A stretch of 64,000 bases of DNA. Origin: Balanoglossus misakiensis. Taxonomy: Eukaryota; Animalia; Hemichordata. Under the pieces are notes generated by a model that saw only the letters and a program-made list of their open reading frames with translations, did not search any database and had not been told where the DNA came from. Below are positions 38,011-51,200 of this stretch, one piece after another; the stretch's first letter is position 1; each line of letters starts with the position of its first letter. The DNA is taken from NCBI GenBank assembly GCA_040954595.2, contig CM082591.2, positions 7,368,047 to 7,432,046 of the forward strand, given 5' to 3'. The position numbers were made by a program, and so were the translations under genes.

Positions 38011-41000
38011 TTACTCCATACGTGTATCTGTATTTCTTGCCATTGTATTTCTTGTAATATATCACCGGTAATTCAATACCTAACAATGGATGGAAAATAC
38101 ATACAATTACCAGGAAATCAGTTTGACGACACGAATTTGGTGCAATAATTTCAGAAATATAGCACTAATTAGGAAAGTTCATAAAATATGCAAATGAGCA
38201 GTCTATTGATTGAAAAACTGTTCACAAAATAGGGCATATTTTATCACTCAGATAACTGTACACAATCCAGTATCTAATTTCCCTGAATAAATCCCTGTGG
38301 TCTAACTACAACTGTACCAAATAAATGACATTTTAAGCCAATTGCTTCATACACACCTTTATCGGACATCTTGTCACCTGTCACCTTAATGCGACCATCG
38401 GCCATCTTTACAGCAGTTGCATTAGTGTTCTCCATGGAGACCAAATTTTCACCAACTGGTGCATCCTGACACAAGACAAAATGCAGTACATGTATCAATG
38501 TCTTCTTTTAATTGAAAATATAGCTTTCAAGCATCATGTTTTGGCACTTTTTTGTGTTTTCAGTTAAACAATGTCATTATTGTAGTCCCAAACAGATGTA
38601 TGACTATTTATTATAATTCTTAAGTATACATGGCAAAACATTTTGGAGATCCTCCCAAAGTGGCCGTCAACGCATGGTTTCATAGAAATTATAAGTGTCA
38701 GAAAGTAAATCATAATATATTTGGTCAGGAGCCTGGGTTTATATTCTTGACTAGAAAATGTGGACCTGTCATGAACAGTGAATAATTATACAAATAACCG
38801 AAACAGAACATGCATTACTGACAATATTTCCCATACTATCAACTCATATACACATTATCTCAAGTGCTCTAATTATTCAGTGAAAATAAATAATTCTACA
38901 GTAATATGGAAATTTACCTGATCTATATTGAGGGGAAATACAAATCGCCTGACTTCAATTGGAATATGTCCATCGATGGTCTTTCTCAGATAAGGAAATG
39001 ACATTGATTCAATTATTTCAATGTCATTGTGAGCACAAACATCCAGGACAATATGGCCGCCGTCTTCATAAGCATTGATATGGTGAAAGCAGAAGAAGGC
39101 ATCACTGAAGAACTTGAGATCGACCGGTCGGCCCGTTCGCTCTTGTGCATAAATATGGAATATCGCATCGCACTGCGGGTGATATTCCAAGGTGTTGCGC
39201 AGGGCGCTGCCTGTCAATTTAGCCGTGGCTAACTTCATGACATTCAGATATAACGGCTGCTCCAGGAAGACGACATAGTTGTCAGTGATGGAGAAGCTGT
39301 GATAGTATGATGGATACAGTCGATATTGAATTGGAATGGATGCCAGGATTGTGGCATTCTGCATGGCTTCCTCTCCTGTGAAGAAAATTATATATACCTG
39401 TTTAAGTATAATATTACTACACACACAACATACATATCAGCATATGAATACGGATTGAGGTACTAGTATGCTACCTTTCAAATTTATGTCCTGATATCCA
39501 TGAATTTTTTTTTTTCATTTTGCCTAAGTACCTTCTTTGCAAAGAAAATATAGAAAAACAATATAGGGTGACGGTCCCAACGCAAATGTTTTCATAAAAT
39601 GGTCACAAAAACACCTAAAATGAACGAAAATTGGGTGTTTTCTACTAAAATCAAACTAATTTGTTTATGTTCTCACCTGTGCTTGCAGCTGCAAATTTGA
39701 TAATATTATAATTAGATGTTCTTCCAAAGGAACTTCCAATGTTAAGCACACTACCATCTTCCAGTCTATGTGGATGTGATGTCGCAGTGTTGACAGCAAT
39801 GTAGTTCATGTAGTCATCCTATTGGGAAGGAAAGTTGTCTTCATTTAAATAACATATGGCTATGTACCTATAAAAGTATAATGGATTAAAAGCACACACA
39901 CACTACACAATGTGCAAGCAATTTTTTTTACATGTATTTGAATATTTGGAAAATAATTAGCATAATGAGCAACGCCAGTGCCATTGCAACAGCCAATCAG
40001 TAGTGTGTCACATACAGCGATTGAGTTCGAAGATTTCAGATTCATGATCACATGGAGACACCTTGCTGCGGTTCCTTGGAGTCCTTTTGATGATACAAAT
40101 TCTTGCTACCTTTAATAGGTTTTTACTTTGTGCTAGGGGAGATCAAATTACATTAATTGCATTCTGGGTAAAAGGTGGACAACTCACTGTAGTATTTAGA
40201 GTTTGAAGAAATTTTGAGTTGACTGTATTTCGTAACTTCCTAATTTTGGTCAAAAATTACCGTCTTTGCAGTTAACATATTAAGCTCATTCAACTTTTTC
40301 ACATTTTGTAATTTTTTCTGTTACAAAGTTTCAGAATGACCCACAAAATAAAGTTCTTAAACATGGCAAAAATCTTCCATCTTGTAATAGTGTCAACCAT
40401 ATGGGATTTTCATGACTCACCTAGGTAGCAAAAACCTATTTAAGGTAGCGAGAATTGGCAAAATAAGGAAATGAAGAGGACGAGGCCAGACTGTTGGTGG
40501 ATCCTAGTGAAGAACATAGTCAAGATGCTGGACTATACACCACTCTGTGTTCAAGAATATCTGTTGAATGCCCATGAAACATTGATGAAATTGTATCTTA
40601 CCCTTTTTCCAGTTTCCAGATCTTTCGGATCAGCTTTCCTTATATGGGTTGATTCCGTACACACATAGTATTCATCTCCGAGCTGTATCCAGCTTATGTT
40701 ACAGTTGTCTTCAAGCAGAGGCGGCACAAAATATGAGAAAAATCTCTTGAAAATATTCTTGCAAGGATCAGGGTGTGCCAGCGTGCCAAATTCACTGCAA
40801 ATGATTCTATTAGCTGCCATGTTCTTTTTATAGACATCACTCTGGAGAAATTTGCTTTGGTAGCTGATTTTTCCATCAGCGATGTCGAACCGATGAAGAA
40901 GAGCCATGCCATCAAAGACGTGATTATATGAGTCGTTGCCAATTTCAAACAATCCGGGTCCATTCCGTAAGAAACTGCCATTTAACCATTTTGGTACATC

Positions 41001-41256
41001 ACCTGTAAGATTAAAACATGGAATTTCAATTACCCATATATTTACCATAAACTATGTATTCATAATTATCATACATAAATATCAAATCATGTAAATGTAC
41101 CTTTTGATACTTTTAAAAATTCATTCTGGGTGTATACTCTGTCTGTATGCACAGAATGTAAACTTGTATACTGTGCAAATGTGTGCTCATGCATTCGTCT
41201 TTTCCCATACGATTACACAGAGAATAACTAGAAAACTCACTTTTACTTGTGTCATT

Positions 41257-41540
41257 TTTGGGTCCCATTGGTATGTACCATGTGACCTTATGGGATGGGT
41301 TGCGTCTATATGTATGTATGTATGTATGGATGGATGGATGTATGTCTGTATGTCCGTCCACATCAAAAACTTGAAAACCGATGCGTGTATCACCTTGATA
41401 TTTGGTGTGCTGATGCAGGCTGGGCTGTATATGGGAGTTTGTTCAAATGAATTTGCCATTGCCAAAAATATGCAAATTAGCTGGAAAATGTGAATTTGGG
41501 CAAAACTCAGTAACTCAAGAACTACTGGTCAGATTGCTTT
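41257..41540 (-). repeat. inverted partial copy of the 10340-11347 element
   Basis: Reverse-complement similarity to 11060-11347. Confidence 0.75.
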
Positions 41541-42118
41541 GCAAAGTGTATTTACTTTATTGAGTTGTTTCAATTAGGCAGGAACTCCCTCCTGTGTTTC
41601 ATATAAACACAGCAAATTCCTAAATGATTACATAACTGGCTAAGTTTTAAAGAGGCGAGCTGTTTTATTTAGTGTATGTACAGTACATATGGATTGGCAG
41701 CTTATGGGTCAGTCAGTGGTGTGTGTGTGTCTGTCTGTATATGGCCATGTACTCCGGTATAGACTTTTTCTTGTGTAATCACTCAATGGGACCACCGTGT
41801 CCTGGACGCGATTTTTTATGTATTGTATTTCGAAAACATGTGTGGTGACCCCTATGGTTTATAACTGATTTTCATTATACATACTATTAAAAGAAATGAC
41901 AATACTATCAATTTTAATCTCAAGAACGGCTGTTCGGATGTCCTCAGTGCGTCTTCCTGAAAAGCCAAATGTCATTGGCGGCGCCCTCTGGAGCCGGAGA
42001 GGCAAGGCTGAGCAAAGTTTTTGGAGTCAGACTATTTATAAACATTACGTCATCATGGCGCGATCATCTACCTCTACACGCGTGTACGCAGCTGGGTGAC
42101 CGAAATAAAGTATGATCA

Positions 42119-42431
42119 CAGGGGGCTGCAAACATTAAAGTTATAAATGGCGAAGTTCTGATCTGCATTTTCCCCAATAAACAGTACTTGCTGAACAGTC
42201 TATGTGCTTGTTATTTTTCTGTGTTACCCCCTCCTGCCTTATCAGTTGCTAATCCGGAATACAAGCTATCGAATTTCCCATTAAGCACTTGCTAACGACT
42301 TAATCCCTGTGCCCATCCATGGATTACAGGTAAGTGGATTAAGTAAACATCGATTAGCAAATGATAAGACATGTGGGGAAAATGCAGATCAGAACTCCGC
42401 CATTTATAACTTTAGTGTTTGCAGCCCCCTA
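42119..42431. mobile_element. MITE with ~57-bp TIRs
   Basis: AGGGGGCTGCAAACATTAAAGTTATAAATGGCG ... CGCCATTTATAACTTTAGTGTTTGCAGCCCCCT. Confidence 0.75.
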
Positions 42432-42454
42432 TGTATTTTCATGCGAACAATATC

Positions 42455-43715
42455 ACTTATTTCGGATGTACCTGGATTGAAGCTCTCACTAGGAAAGGAA
42501 TCAACCACTCAGCAACAACCGTTTTTGAGAGGTATGTTCTACTGGAGCTGATGATTTATTGTCTTGTTTTTTAACTGAATACACTGAATACATATACCCC
42601 TGGTAGGTGACATGTTGTAAATGGGTGGTGGCAAAGAGATTCCAAACTCTGATATCACATTTACAACACAGGTATATGACAAGTACTGAGCAGCTCTGTG
42701 GTACTTGGAACCAGACTCAGGGATTTCTCCTGTTTATGACAATTGAACCTACTGTAGCTTTGGCAGTGAACCATGGATTGAAGTTCTACCTTGTGAAGGA
42801 ATCAACCACTCTTTTACAACAATTTTTAAGGTATGTTGTACTGGAGCTGATGATTTATTGTCTTGTTTTTTAGGTGAATACATTGAATACATACAAATAA
42901 GTGACGTGTTGTAAATGGGTGGTGGCAAAGAGATTCCAAACTCTGATATCACATCTACAACACAGGTATATGACAAGTACTGAGCAGCTCTGTGGTACTC
43001 GATTGGAACCAAACTCTGGGATTTCTCCTGTTTTTGCCAGTGGGAGCTAGCTCTAGCTTTGTATGGATCGAATGGATTGAAGCTCTAACTTCTGAAGGAA
43101 TCAACTTATCTGTTACAACACTAAGAGGTAATGTTGCATTGAACTTGGTGATTTTCTGTCTTTTTCTTTCAGTCCTCCAACTCAAACCACACCTTTTTCA
43201 TTTTCATGTAACAGAAACGCACCTTTAAAAAGAATTCTTGTGGAAATAACTTAACAATTCCTTGTCCAAACTTTTCTTGGCTTGAAAGATGACCAGAATA
43301 TTGTGAATACCAATATACATGTATTAACATGTGACTACTATCACTTATTTCAGATGTACCTGGATTGAAGCTCTAACTAGGGAAGGAATCAACCACTTTA
43401 TTACGACCATTTTTAGAGGTATGTTGTACTGGAGCTGATGATTTATTATCTTGTTTTTTAACTGAATACACTGAATACATATACCCCTGGTAGGTGACAT
43501 GTTGTAAATGGGTGGTGGCAAAGAGATTCCAAACTCTGATATCACATCTACAACACAGGTACTGAGCAGCTCGTACGGTACTCGATCGGAACCAAACTCT
43601 GGGATTTATCCTCTTTTTGCCAAATGGGAGCTACTCTAGCTTTGTATGGACCGAATGGATTGAAACTCTAACTTCTGAAGGAATCAACCTCTCTGTTACA
43701 ACATTACTAGGTATG
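42455..43715 (+). repeat. second copy of the ~300/590-bp tandem array
   Basis: Same units as 5175-6712 in a different order. Confidence 0.85.
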
Positions 43716-44496
43716 TTAAATGTAAAGAACTTGTCTTATTGTCTTGAAAAGAACTTGATTTATTGTCTTGAAATTCTTTCAGTCCTCAAACTAGGCTATG
43801 GGCCCAACCAGCTAAAAAGGCTAGAAATGTTATTATGTTGTATAGGAGTTTTGTCCTACATGAAATTAGCTGGAAATGATTGAAGGTAAACTACTGATGT
43901 AAAACCAGGTCACTTCTACTGCAAACGTGTGTTCACAACTGAGATTGTTGACCACAAATGGTCAATTATGGCATTTTCACTGAAAATGAAGATATTTAGG
44001 CTGATTCAAAACAGCCGAAATTGTAAAAAAATCTTTAAAATGTTTGCTAAAAACAAAGTATAATTTACTAGAGCATTTTTTTCTACCAACATAGCATTAT
44101 TTTTAGCATTTTGCCCTAAAAATTGGGATATTTTGCATATGCAATTTTCAGAACCTAAAACTGAAAATTTCTCCAATAATATCACCCTAAAAATATTATA
44201 TAATGTAAACAAGTCTATATAATAGAAAATATTTGAGGATTTTTACTAAAATTAGCCTTTGTGTGCATATACACCAGAATTAAATTCAAAGGTAACTTTG
44301 GCAAGCAGATATGACATAACTATATAAAAATATGGAAATTTAAAAAAATTAACTATGTCCATAACTATATAAAAATATGGAAATTTAAAAAAATTAACTA
44401 TGTCCAATCAAGTGTCATGTGTCACAGCAATCTTACAAGTGCTAGAAAAACTGAATTCTGACCAAAAAGCTGTCTATAAATGACAAGCAACTACCC

Positions 44497-45200
44497 CCAG
44501 GAGATAGGTGCCTTAATCAGAATTTTGGGGTAAGGAAGGTTTGAGAAGTCCATTCTTTGTAAAAAAAAATAGTGCTGATTCCAAAAAAGTCAGTCTTATT
44601 GACCCCATCAAGACAAAATTGCCATTTTGGCCACTTTTAACCCAAAAAAGCTCATTTTAAGAAAACACTCAAAAGACACTGTTTTTGTCATCTTCGGTGA
44701 TCTGATGACATATGATACGCCTATTATATGTAAAATTTTGTGGATATTACGAAAAAAGCAGTCTGATTGACCACAAATAATACAAAATTGCCTTTTTGAC
44801 CATGTTTGCCCCCAAAACGTCATTTGCAGACAAAATTTAAAACACACTGTTTTCTTCATATTGGTTGATCTGATGATATATAGAAAGTCAATTCTATGTT
44901 AATAGTGGTGACTATAAATTAATAATAAAGCCATTTAAAAATGTTTTTTGGCCACATTTTTGGTCAAAAAGGTCATTTTTACAAAAAAACTAAAAACAAA
45001 CTGTTTTCTTCATATTCAGAGATCATGTGATATATGAAAAGTTCATTCTATGTTAAAACGGTTCTGATTCCAGAAATAACAGTCTTATTGACCCCCTCTC
45101 AAGGCAAAATTGCCATTTTGCCACTTTTTGCCCAAAAGAGGTAATTTTTTAGAAAACACTCAAAACTTATATATTTTCTTCACTTCCGGAGATCTGGGGT
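44497..45200 (+). mobile_element. left-arm fragment of the foldback family at 57675-60793
   Basis: GGAGATAGGTGCCTTAATCAGAATTTT terminus plus about four ~170-bp units. Confidence 0.7.
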
Positions 45201-47036
45201 GATACATCTTCTGTATAATATGTATATAGCTGTCAGATTGTTTGCCCTGTGTGTGTAATGGTTGAGTGACATTAATAGAATCTCAAGTGTGAGAAAAACG
45301 ATCCCAGGTCCTTGGTGTGTGAGATTCTATTTCTCACACGACCACAAATTCTTGACATTCATGTTTATTTACAATAACATAACTAAATCAATTAAATACC
45401 AACTGATAACTGCATGACCAGTCATATATTGATCCCCCCCGCAAAACATAGTCCCCATTTCAGCACGAGTTTACAGTACACGCATGCCATAAAAATGTGC
45501 TCAACACATTAAAATATGGAGATTGTTTCAAGTGGCATAAATTCGCGCGATATCTAGAAAATACAACCGTTTTTTTAGTCTGTCGCCAACAACTACACCA
45601 CTGTCATCTCTACATGACCTGATCACATTGTAGTTCTGGTTTGTTTACAACACATCACACAATTGAATAATATTTGCTCATTCTTAGGGGTATGTAAAAT
45701 CATTATCCAATCAGAGCTCGTGTCAGATAACAGTTGTCTGTGTACGTGTGGGATCGATTTTTTCTAATGTGGGAGGGGGACACACCCACCCCTGAATTCT
45801 TTGTCACATTTCATTTATTGGCTGGTTAGTCTAGTGTACCAGAGTAGACTTCTTGCCACCCACCCCCACTGATGCTTACTTTAAGTGGAGTGGCAAAATT
45901 AAAATTTGTCCTGCCTAACATTGAGTTAATTTGCTTTTGAGTTCATTAAAATGCAACTTTGAGCACTGTATTTTACAAAATTTTCTAACGTGGGAGGGGG
46001 GAACCCTGTCCCACACCCACCCCCGCCACCTTTCTTGTTTTACCAATTCTAGCAACTATTGTATTGACTTGTCATTTAAATTTGTTCATAGAATTATTTA
46101 TTGCAACGATATACTATTATATACTTCAATTACATTAAGAAATTTATAATTGAGGTGTGAGGAGCCTCATTCCCTTTATTGCATACAGTGTACATAGGAT
46201 CAGGATGGCGAATGTTTTCGGCGTGGGGGGGGGGTCATCATATTTTTGGGTCTGTCAAAGGGGGGGGGGTCATCATTTTTGGTGCTGGGTGAAGAGGGGG
46301 GGTCGGCCTGATTTTGAAAACCAATGACACAAATTTGCCGCCCCTCCCCCAGTTGAAAAAACTGAATGGTCCCTAAAGTGTCCTATACAACCATGCATCA
46401 AATTACTCTTTGGGTCTTGAAGTTAACGTATGTTACTATCTGGCAATGCGTATCGCCCTCTGTGCTTAGATAACAGGCAAGTAAAAGTGACGAGTGGGCG
46501 TGTACCCCTAACCCAACTCAGTCGATTTTTTTCGGCTTTTCGAAGTTAAGCCGAATGCTTATCTTGATGTGGACAAATAGTCTTTCACACCTTCGTAAAT
46601 CCTCTGCTGATAATGTTAGGCAAGGACTTCCTTTGCTTTAAACACTGTTTATATAGCTGACTGTCTTTGTCGGTGGATTTAATTACACATGGACTGCTAA
46701 TTACACTTTACTGTCAGCAGAGTGGTACACTAGTGGACTTGTTTGTCCATATGCAAATACCTTCGCCTGGCTCGAGTGCGAAGTGGCTCCCTGATCACAG
46801 GCATGAAAAAGGGTGGCAAATTCCGACATTCATGCACATTTTTTGGAACCGACCCAATAGGCAATGCATAGACAGGTACCCTAGGTGAACTTTTGACGGG
46901 GAAAAATGAAACATTTTTAAAGCATGTCACACACCCTATAATGTAGTATTACACATGCAAACAGTCACAATCTTATGTTTACATCATTTCAACTATACCC
47001 AGGTACAATATATTTCTTCCCAGCACGAATATAAAT

Positions 47037-48295
47037 ATGTCAGAACCATCTGCAGCACTGGTTGTATTGAAATCATGGGACAAGGAGGCAAAGACCTCCC
47101 AACCAACTCAAGCTATAATCAAACATCTCCAAGAAAATACACTCCAGTCTGAGAACATTTCTGAATTCCACTGTACTTCCCTTGAAGTTGAAGTGAGTGA
47201 AGAACAAAAGAAAGATGCAGAGAGTGTTGGTGCTACTTTGATCCCAGCTATAAGAGACAAGAGGTTGGATCCTCATGAAGACCCCCCTGGAGTAAACTGG
47301 CTTATTAACCATGGTACATACTTCCCAGACTTGAAGGACCTGAAAAACATCCAGCATGTAGTCGGATATTCTCCACAGACACACAAAGCAGCAGCTGCAA
47401 TTCGTAAAAGTCTCTTCCCTGAAGCCAAACTTCACCAACTTCAACTTCCCAATCCACCACCTGTGGCAGCATTAATGGTCATGCAAACCTGGCAGACAGA
47501 ATCAGAAGATCAGACAACAACACCAACTCATCAGCTTGTCACTAAATTTCGAGAAGAAACCCTGAAGTCAGAGAAAGTTTCTCAATCCTACTTTACTACA
47601 CTTGATGTTGAAGTGAGTGAAGAACAAAAGAAAGATGCAGAGAAATTTGATGTTACTTTGATCCCAGCTATAAGAGACAAGAGGATGGATCCTCTTGAAG
47701 ACCCCCCTGGAGTAAACTGGCTTTTTCACCATGGTACATACTTCCCAGACTTGAAGGGACTGCAAAACATCAAGCATGTAGTGGGAATCTCTCCAAAGAC
47801 AAAAAATGCTGCAGTGGCAATTCATAAAAGTCTCTTCCCTGAAGCCAAACTTCACCAACTCTCACTTCCTGAACCACCAGCTGCAGCCTTACTGCTACTA
47901 CCAACCTGGGACACACCCTCAGAAGGGCAGATTACAAAACCAAGTCATATGCTTGTCAATGAGTTCCATGAAAAGATAAATTCTGAGAATGTTTCTGAAT
48001 TCCTCTGTACTACCCTTGAAATTGGAGTGAGTGAAGAACAAAAGAAAGATGCAAAGAGTGTGAATGTCACTTTGATTCCAGCCAAAAGAAACAAGTGGTT
48101 GGATCCAAAGAAAGATCCGCGTGGAGAACACTGGCTCTTCAACCATTGGGTCTACTTCCCAGGACTGAAGAAACTGAAAAACATCCAACATGTAGTCGGA
48201 TATTGTCCACAGACACACAATGCAGCCAAAGCAATTCATGAAAGTCTCTTCCCTGAAGCCAAACTTCATCAACTCCATCTTCCAGATCCACCTCC
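47037..48295 (+). repeat. three ~138-140-codon coding tandem repeats
   Basis: GTGAAGAACAAAAGAAAGATGCA at 47197, 47617 and 48031 (periods 420 and 414 nt); a fourth diverged unit begins the GT4-like domain. Confidence 0.92.
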
Positions 48296-51200
48296 CGGGG
48301 CACTGTTTGTGTATAATGAATGGAACAAAGAAGATTGTGGCTTGACTGGGTTTCACAGAACTCTTGTACAAGATTTCTGTAAAAGAAAAACCACAGAAGG
48401 AAGAGCTTACTCCACTCTGGTTGGTGTCAAAGTCAGTGATGACCAGAAGGCAGATGCTGCCAAGTGTCGGGTTACATTGATTGCAGCACAAGAACCAGAA
48501 GACAAAACTGAACCAGAAGATGATCAGCCACATTTAAATTGGTTGACGAAATATCATGAAATCTACTACCCGCACCTCAGACAGCTACAAAACATCAAGT
48601 ATGTTGTTGGTTATGCTCCGAGGACTGGATTTGCTGCTGCAAATATCAGGAAAAAATTGTTTCCGGATGCAGAACTAGTGATGATCAACCATGCCTATGA
48701 AGAAGGCAACTGTCTGTTGAAACTACCTCCAGGAAAGTTTAGTGAAATGATGCTGAAGCTGGCCAGTGAAGCTGACATCATATTTTCAATTGGTCCAAGT
48801 ATGTATGAGCATTTCAAGAATGAATACCGTGCTACCTTTGATGGCAGGGAACTACACATGATCCCTCATGCAGAGATATTTCCCAGACCTGCTGAAGTCT
48901 TTTTCAGAAAAGACCCAATGTTCCTAGATGGAGTGACTACTCACAGCATACTGACATATGGGCAGATTGATACACAAGAAGCCTTGGACAGATGTGAGAC
49001 AATAGCAGCTGCTATTGGAAGTGCAGCAAACATGGTGAAAGACTTTCACAACAAACTTCTGAATTGGTCAATACGGGGAGCAGGTGAGGCTGAACTGAAG
49101 CATATTCTACAGCAGATGAACAGCAATCATGTAATGGCATATCCTCACCCAGATTACTCAGAAAAGACCTTAATGATATCAGTGCATCAATCTCACAGTT
49201 GTCTTCCTGTCTCTGTCTACAAGGACTATCCGTATAGCGGTTTAGAATCAATAGCAGTTGGACTACCAACCTATCCTGATGAATATTCCCAGCTTGGAAA
49301 GTTAGTCAAGAAATACTTTCCATACTACGCAGACAGATTTGTAGTGTCACACTCATCTGATAAGATTTCAGAGAAGATAATATGGAGTGTCAAGAACACC
49401 AGGTTAGCTTTTGAAGAAGCTAAGGAGCTGAAGAAGGCTCTCATGGAGTGTGAAGATGTCAACAAGAGTTACGCCAAATTCACCAGTTTGTTGACACCAG
49501 AGGAAATAAGGGAACAGGAAGACAGAGTTGACCCATGTGGCAAGGATACTGAAAATCCTGCAGGTATGGGACATTATAAATATTTTACCATCAACGCTTT
49601 GGTTCAGGATACAGTTATGTGGTTTTGTTTCTTGACCTGCAAGACTTATATAGTCAATTTTTAATTCTTGACTATCGTATTAGTGGATTAATTCTCCTCC
49701 AACCCAATCATGGCTTCTGCAATGTTTGAAGTTTGAATTATCATATAAACATTGTTTACATACTGATCTTAACCATGTGTCACGTTAGCTAAGCTTTAAA
49801 TAAATTATCAATACACCAGGTGTCATTTTTTGATATCCATATTCTGGCCCCTCATACAATGAATGGACTACCACAAGTAGTATGTCCATGTATGCTCATA
49901 CCAAACAGAAATTCAGACTGATGCAGTGTGTGTGTGGATGGATTAATTGTGCATATTAGTTCACTATGCAATGTTGTCTCTTTACTCAATTGCTTAATTG
50001 TTGTTCTACCTGTCATCATCCATAGATAATCCAACTGACAAAAAAATTGCAATCCACGTCCGACTGGATGAAAATGTCTACCAGGAGTATCTAGCAGAAA
50101 ATGAGGGCCAGAATGAGGAAAGACAGCAAACTATATCTACAGCTTGGAACAACTGCCAACAAGAGTTGAACAGAAGAGCAGCTGATGTGGTATCCAATAG
50201 TGACGACATCAACAAAGTCAAGAAAGCCTGCACTGATAAACTGGGGAAAGTGGACATAACCAATATGGAAACAGGGTCTCTGCAAATCACAGCCAACATG
50301 CGTAGACTTTATAATCTCTACAGATTGCGGGGAAGCTGTCTTGAAGATTCAAGAAGTTTAGCCAAGGCATTAGAACCAATCTTGATGACAGATGAAATGA
50401 CAGAGGCCAACACAGCTGGAATACCACTACAGTTGATAGCTACATATGACCAAGCCAGGTTTGATGAACTGGAAGTATTCTTTCTGGACAGTAAGGCTTG
50501 CTTATAAGATAATGCTGTAACATTTTGAGACTATTGATTAAACAAGAGAAAATAATTTCAATTCAGCACAAGATGAGTTTGTTGTTAATAAGAGCACTTA
50601 TTGATTAAATGCTCTCCCAAAGAAACAAAAATCCCTCTGAAATCATAGATGATAGAATTATTAAGCAGTTGATATAGATTTCATTTTTAACATATCTACT
50701 AAATAAAAATTACTTTTCTCAATGTATCTTTCAGGAGATGGTGGAGGAATAGGACCAGTGGTATGTGACGACAGCGTTGATGAGGAATATGTCAATGAGA
50801 TACTGGCTGAGGTATGCTTAGACTGCAAGTTTATTAAAGTGCCACAAATGACCGATTGCAAGCCAAATACCACACTTCTGGTGTACTGGTACTGTGAAAA
50901 TACCGGTAAATTGCCTTTGGGAGATACCATTTTACTTGTCACAACTGATTATAAAATGATCAAATGCAATGAACCTCGCTCGCAATGACCTTCACATTTT
51001 CGAAGCAAGTTATAAATGTACAAAAGTTAAGCCTTTTCCATAGTTGACAAAATGTTCATTTTTTCCAATTTCAGATTGACAGAACACACCTGACTTTGCA
51101 ACGGGAGTTAACAGAAAAAGATTCTGATACTGAACACACTGGCCTGAAACAAAGTGAGTGATTTTACCATCATTTCAGTCAATGACAACAAACTGCACAT

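Larger units (their letters stand above)
34913..41002 (-). pseudogene. carotenoid oxygenase (BCO/RPE65 family), LINE-interrupted; exons 41002-40602, 39818-39677, 39375-38918, 38465-38357, 38079-~38011 (+~36082-36070), 35601-35490, 35070-34913; first exon not located
   Basis: LRNGPG, FDG, PDPCK, four Fe-binding His (TSHPH, YYHSF, FHHIN, FGMHG), IELP, PSEAVF, EDEG. Canonical splice sites and consistent phases except at the LINE insertion. Confidence 0.85.
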
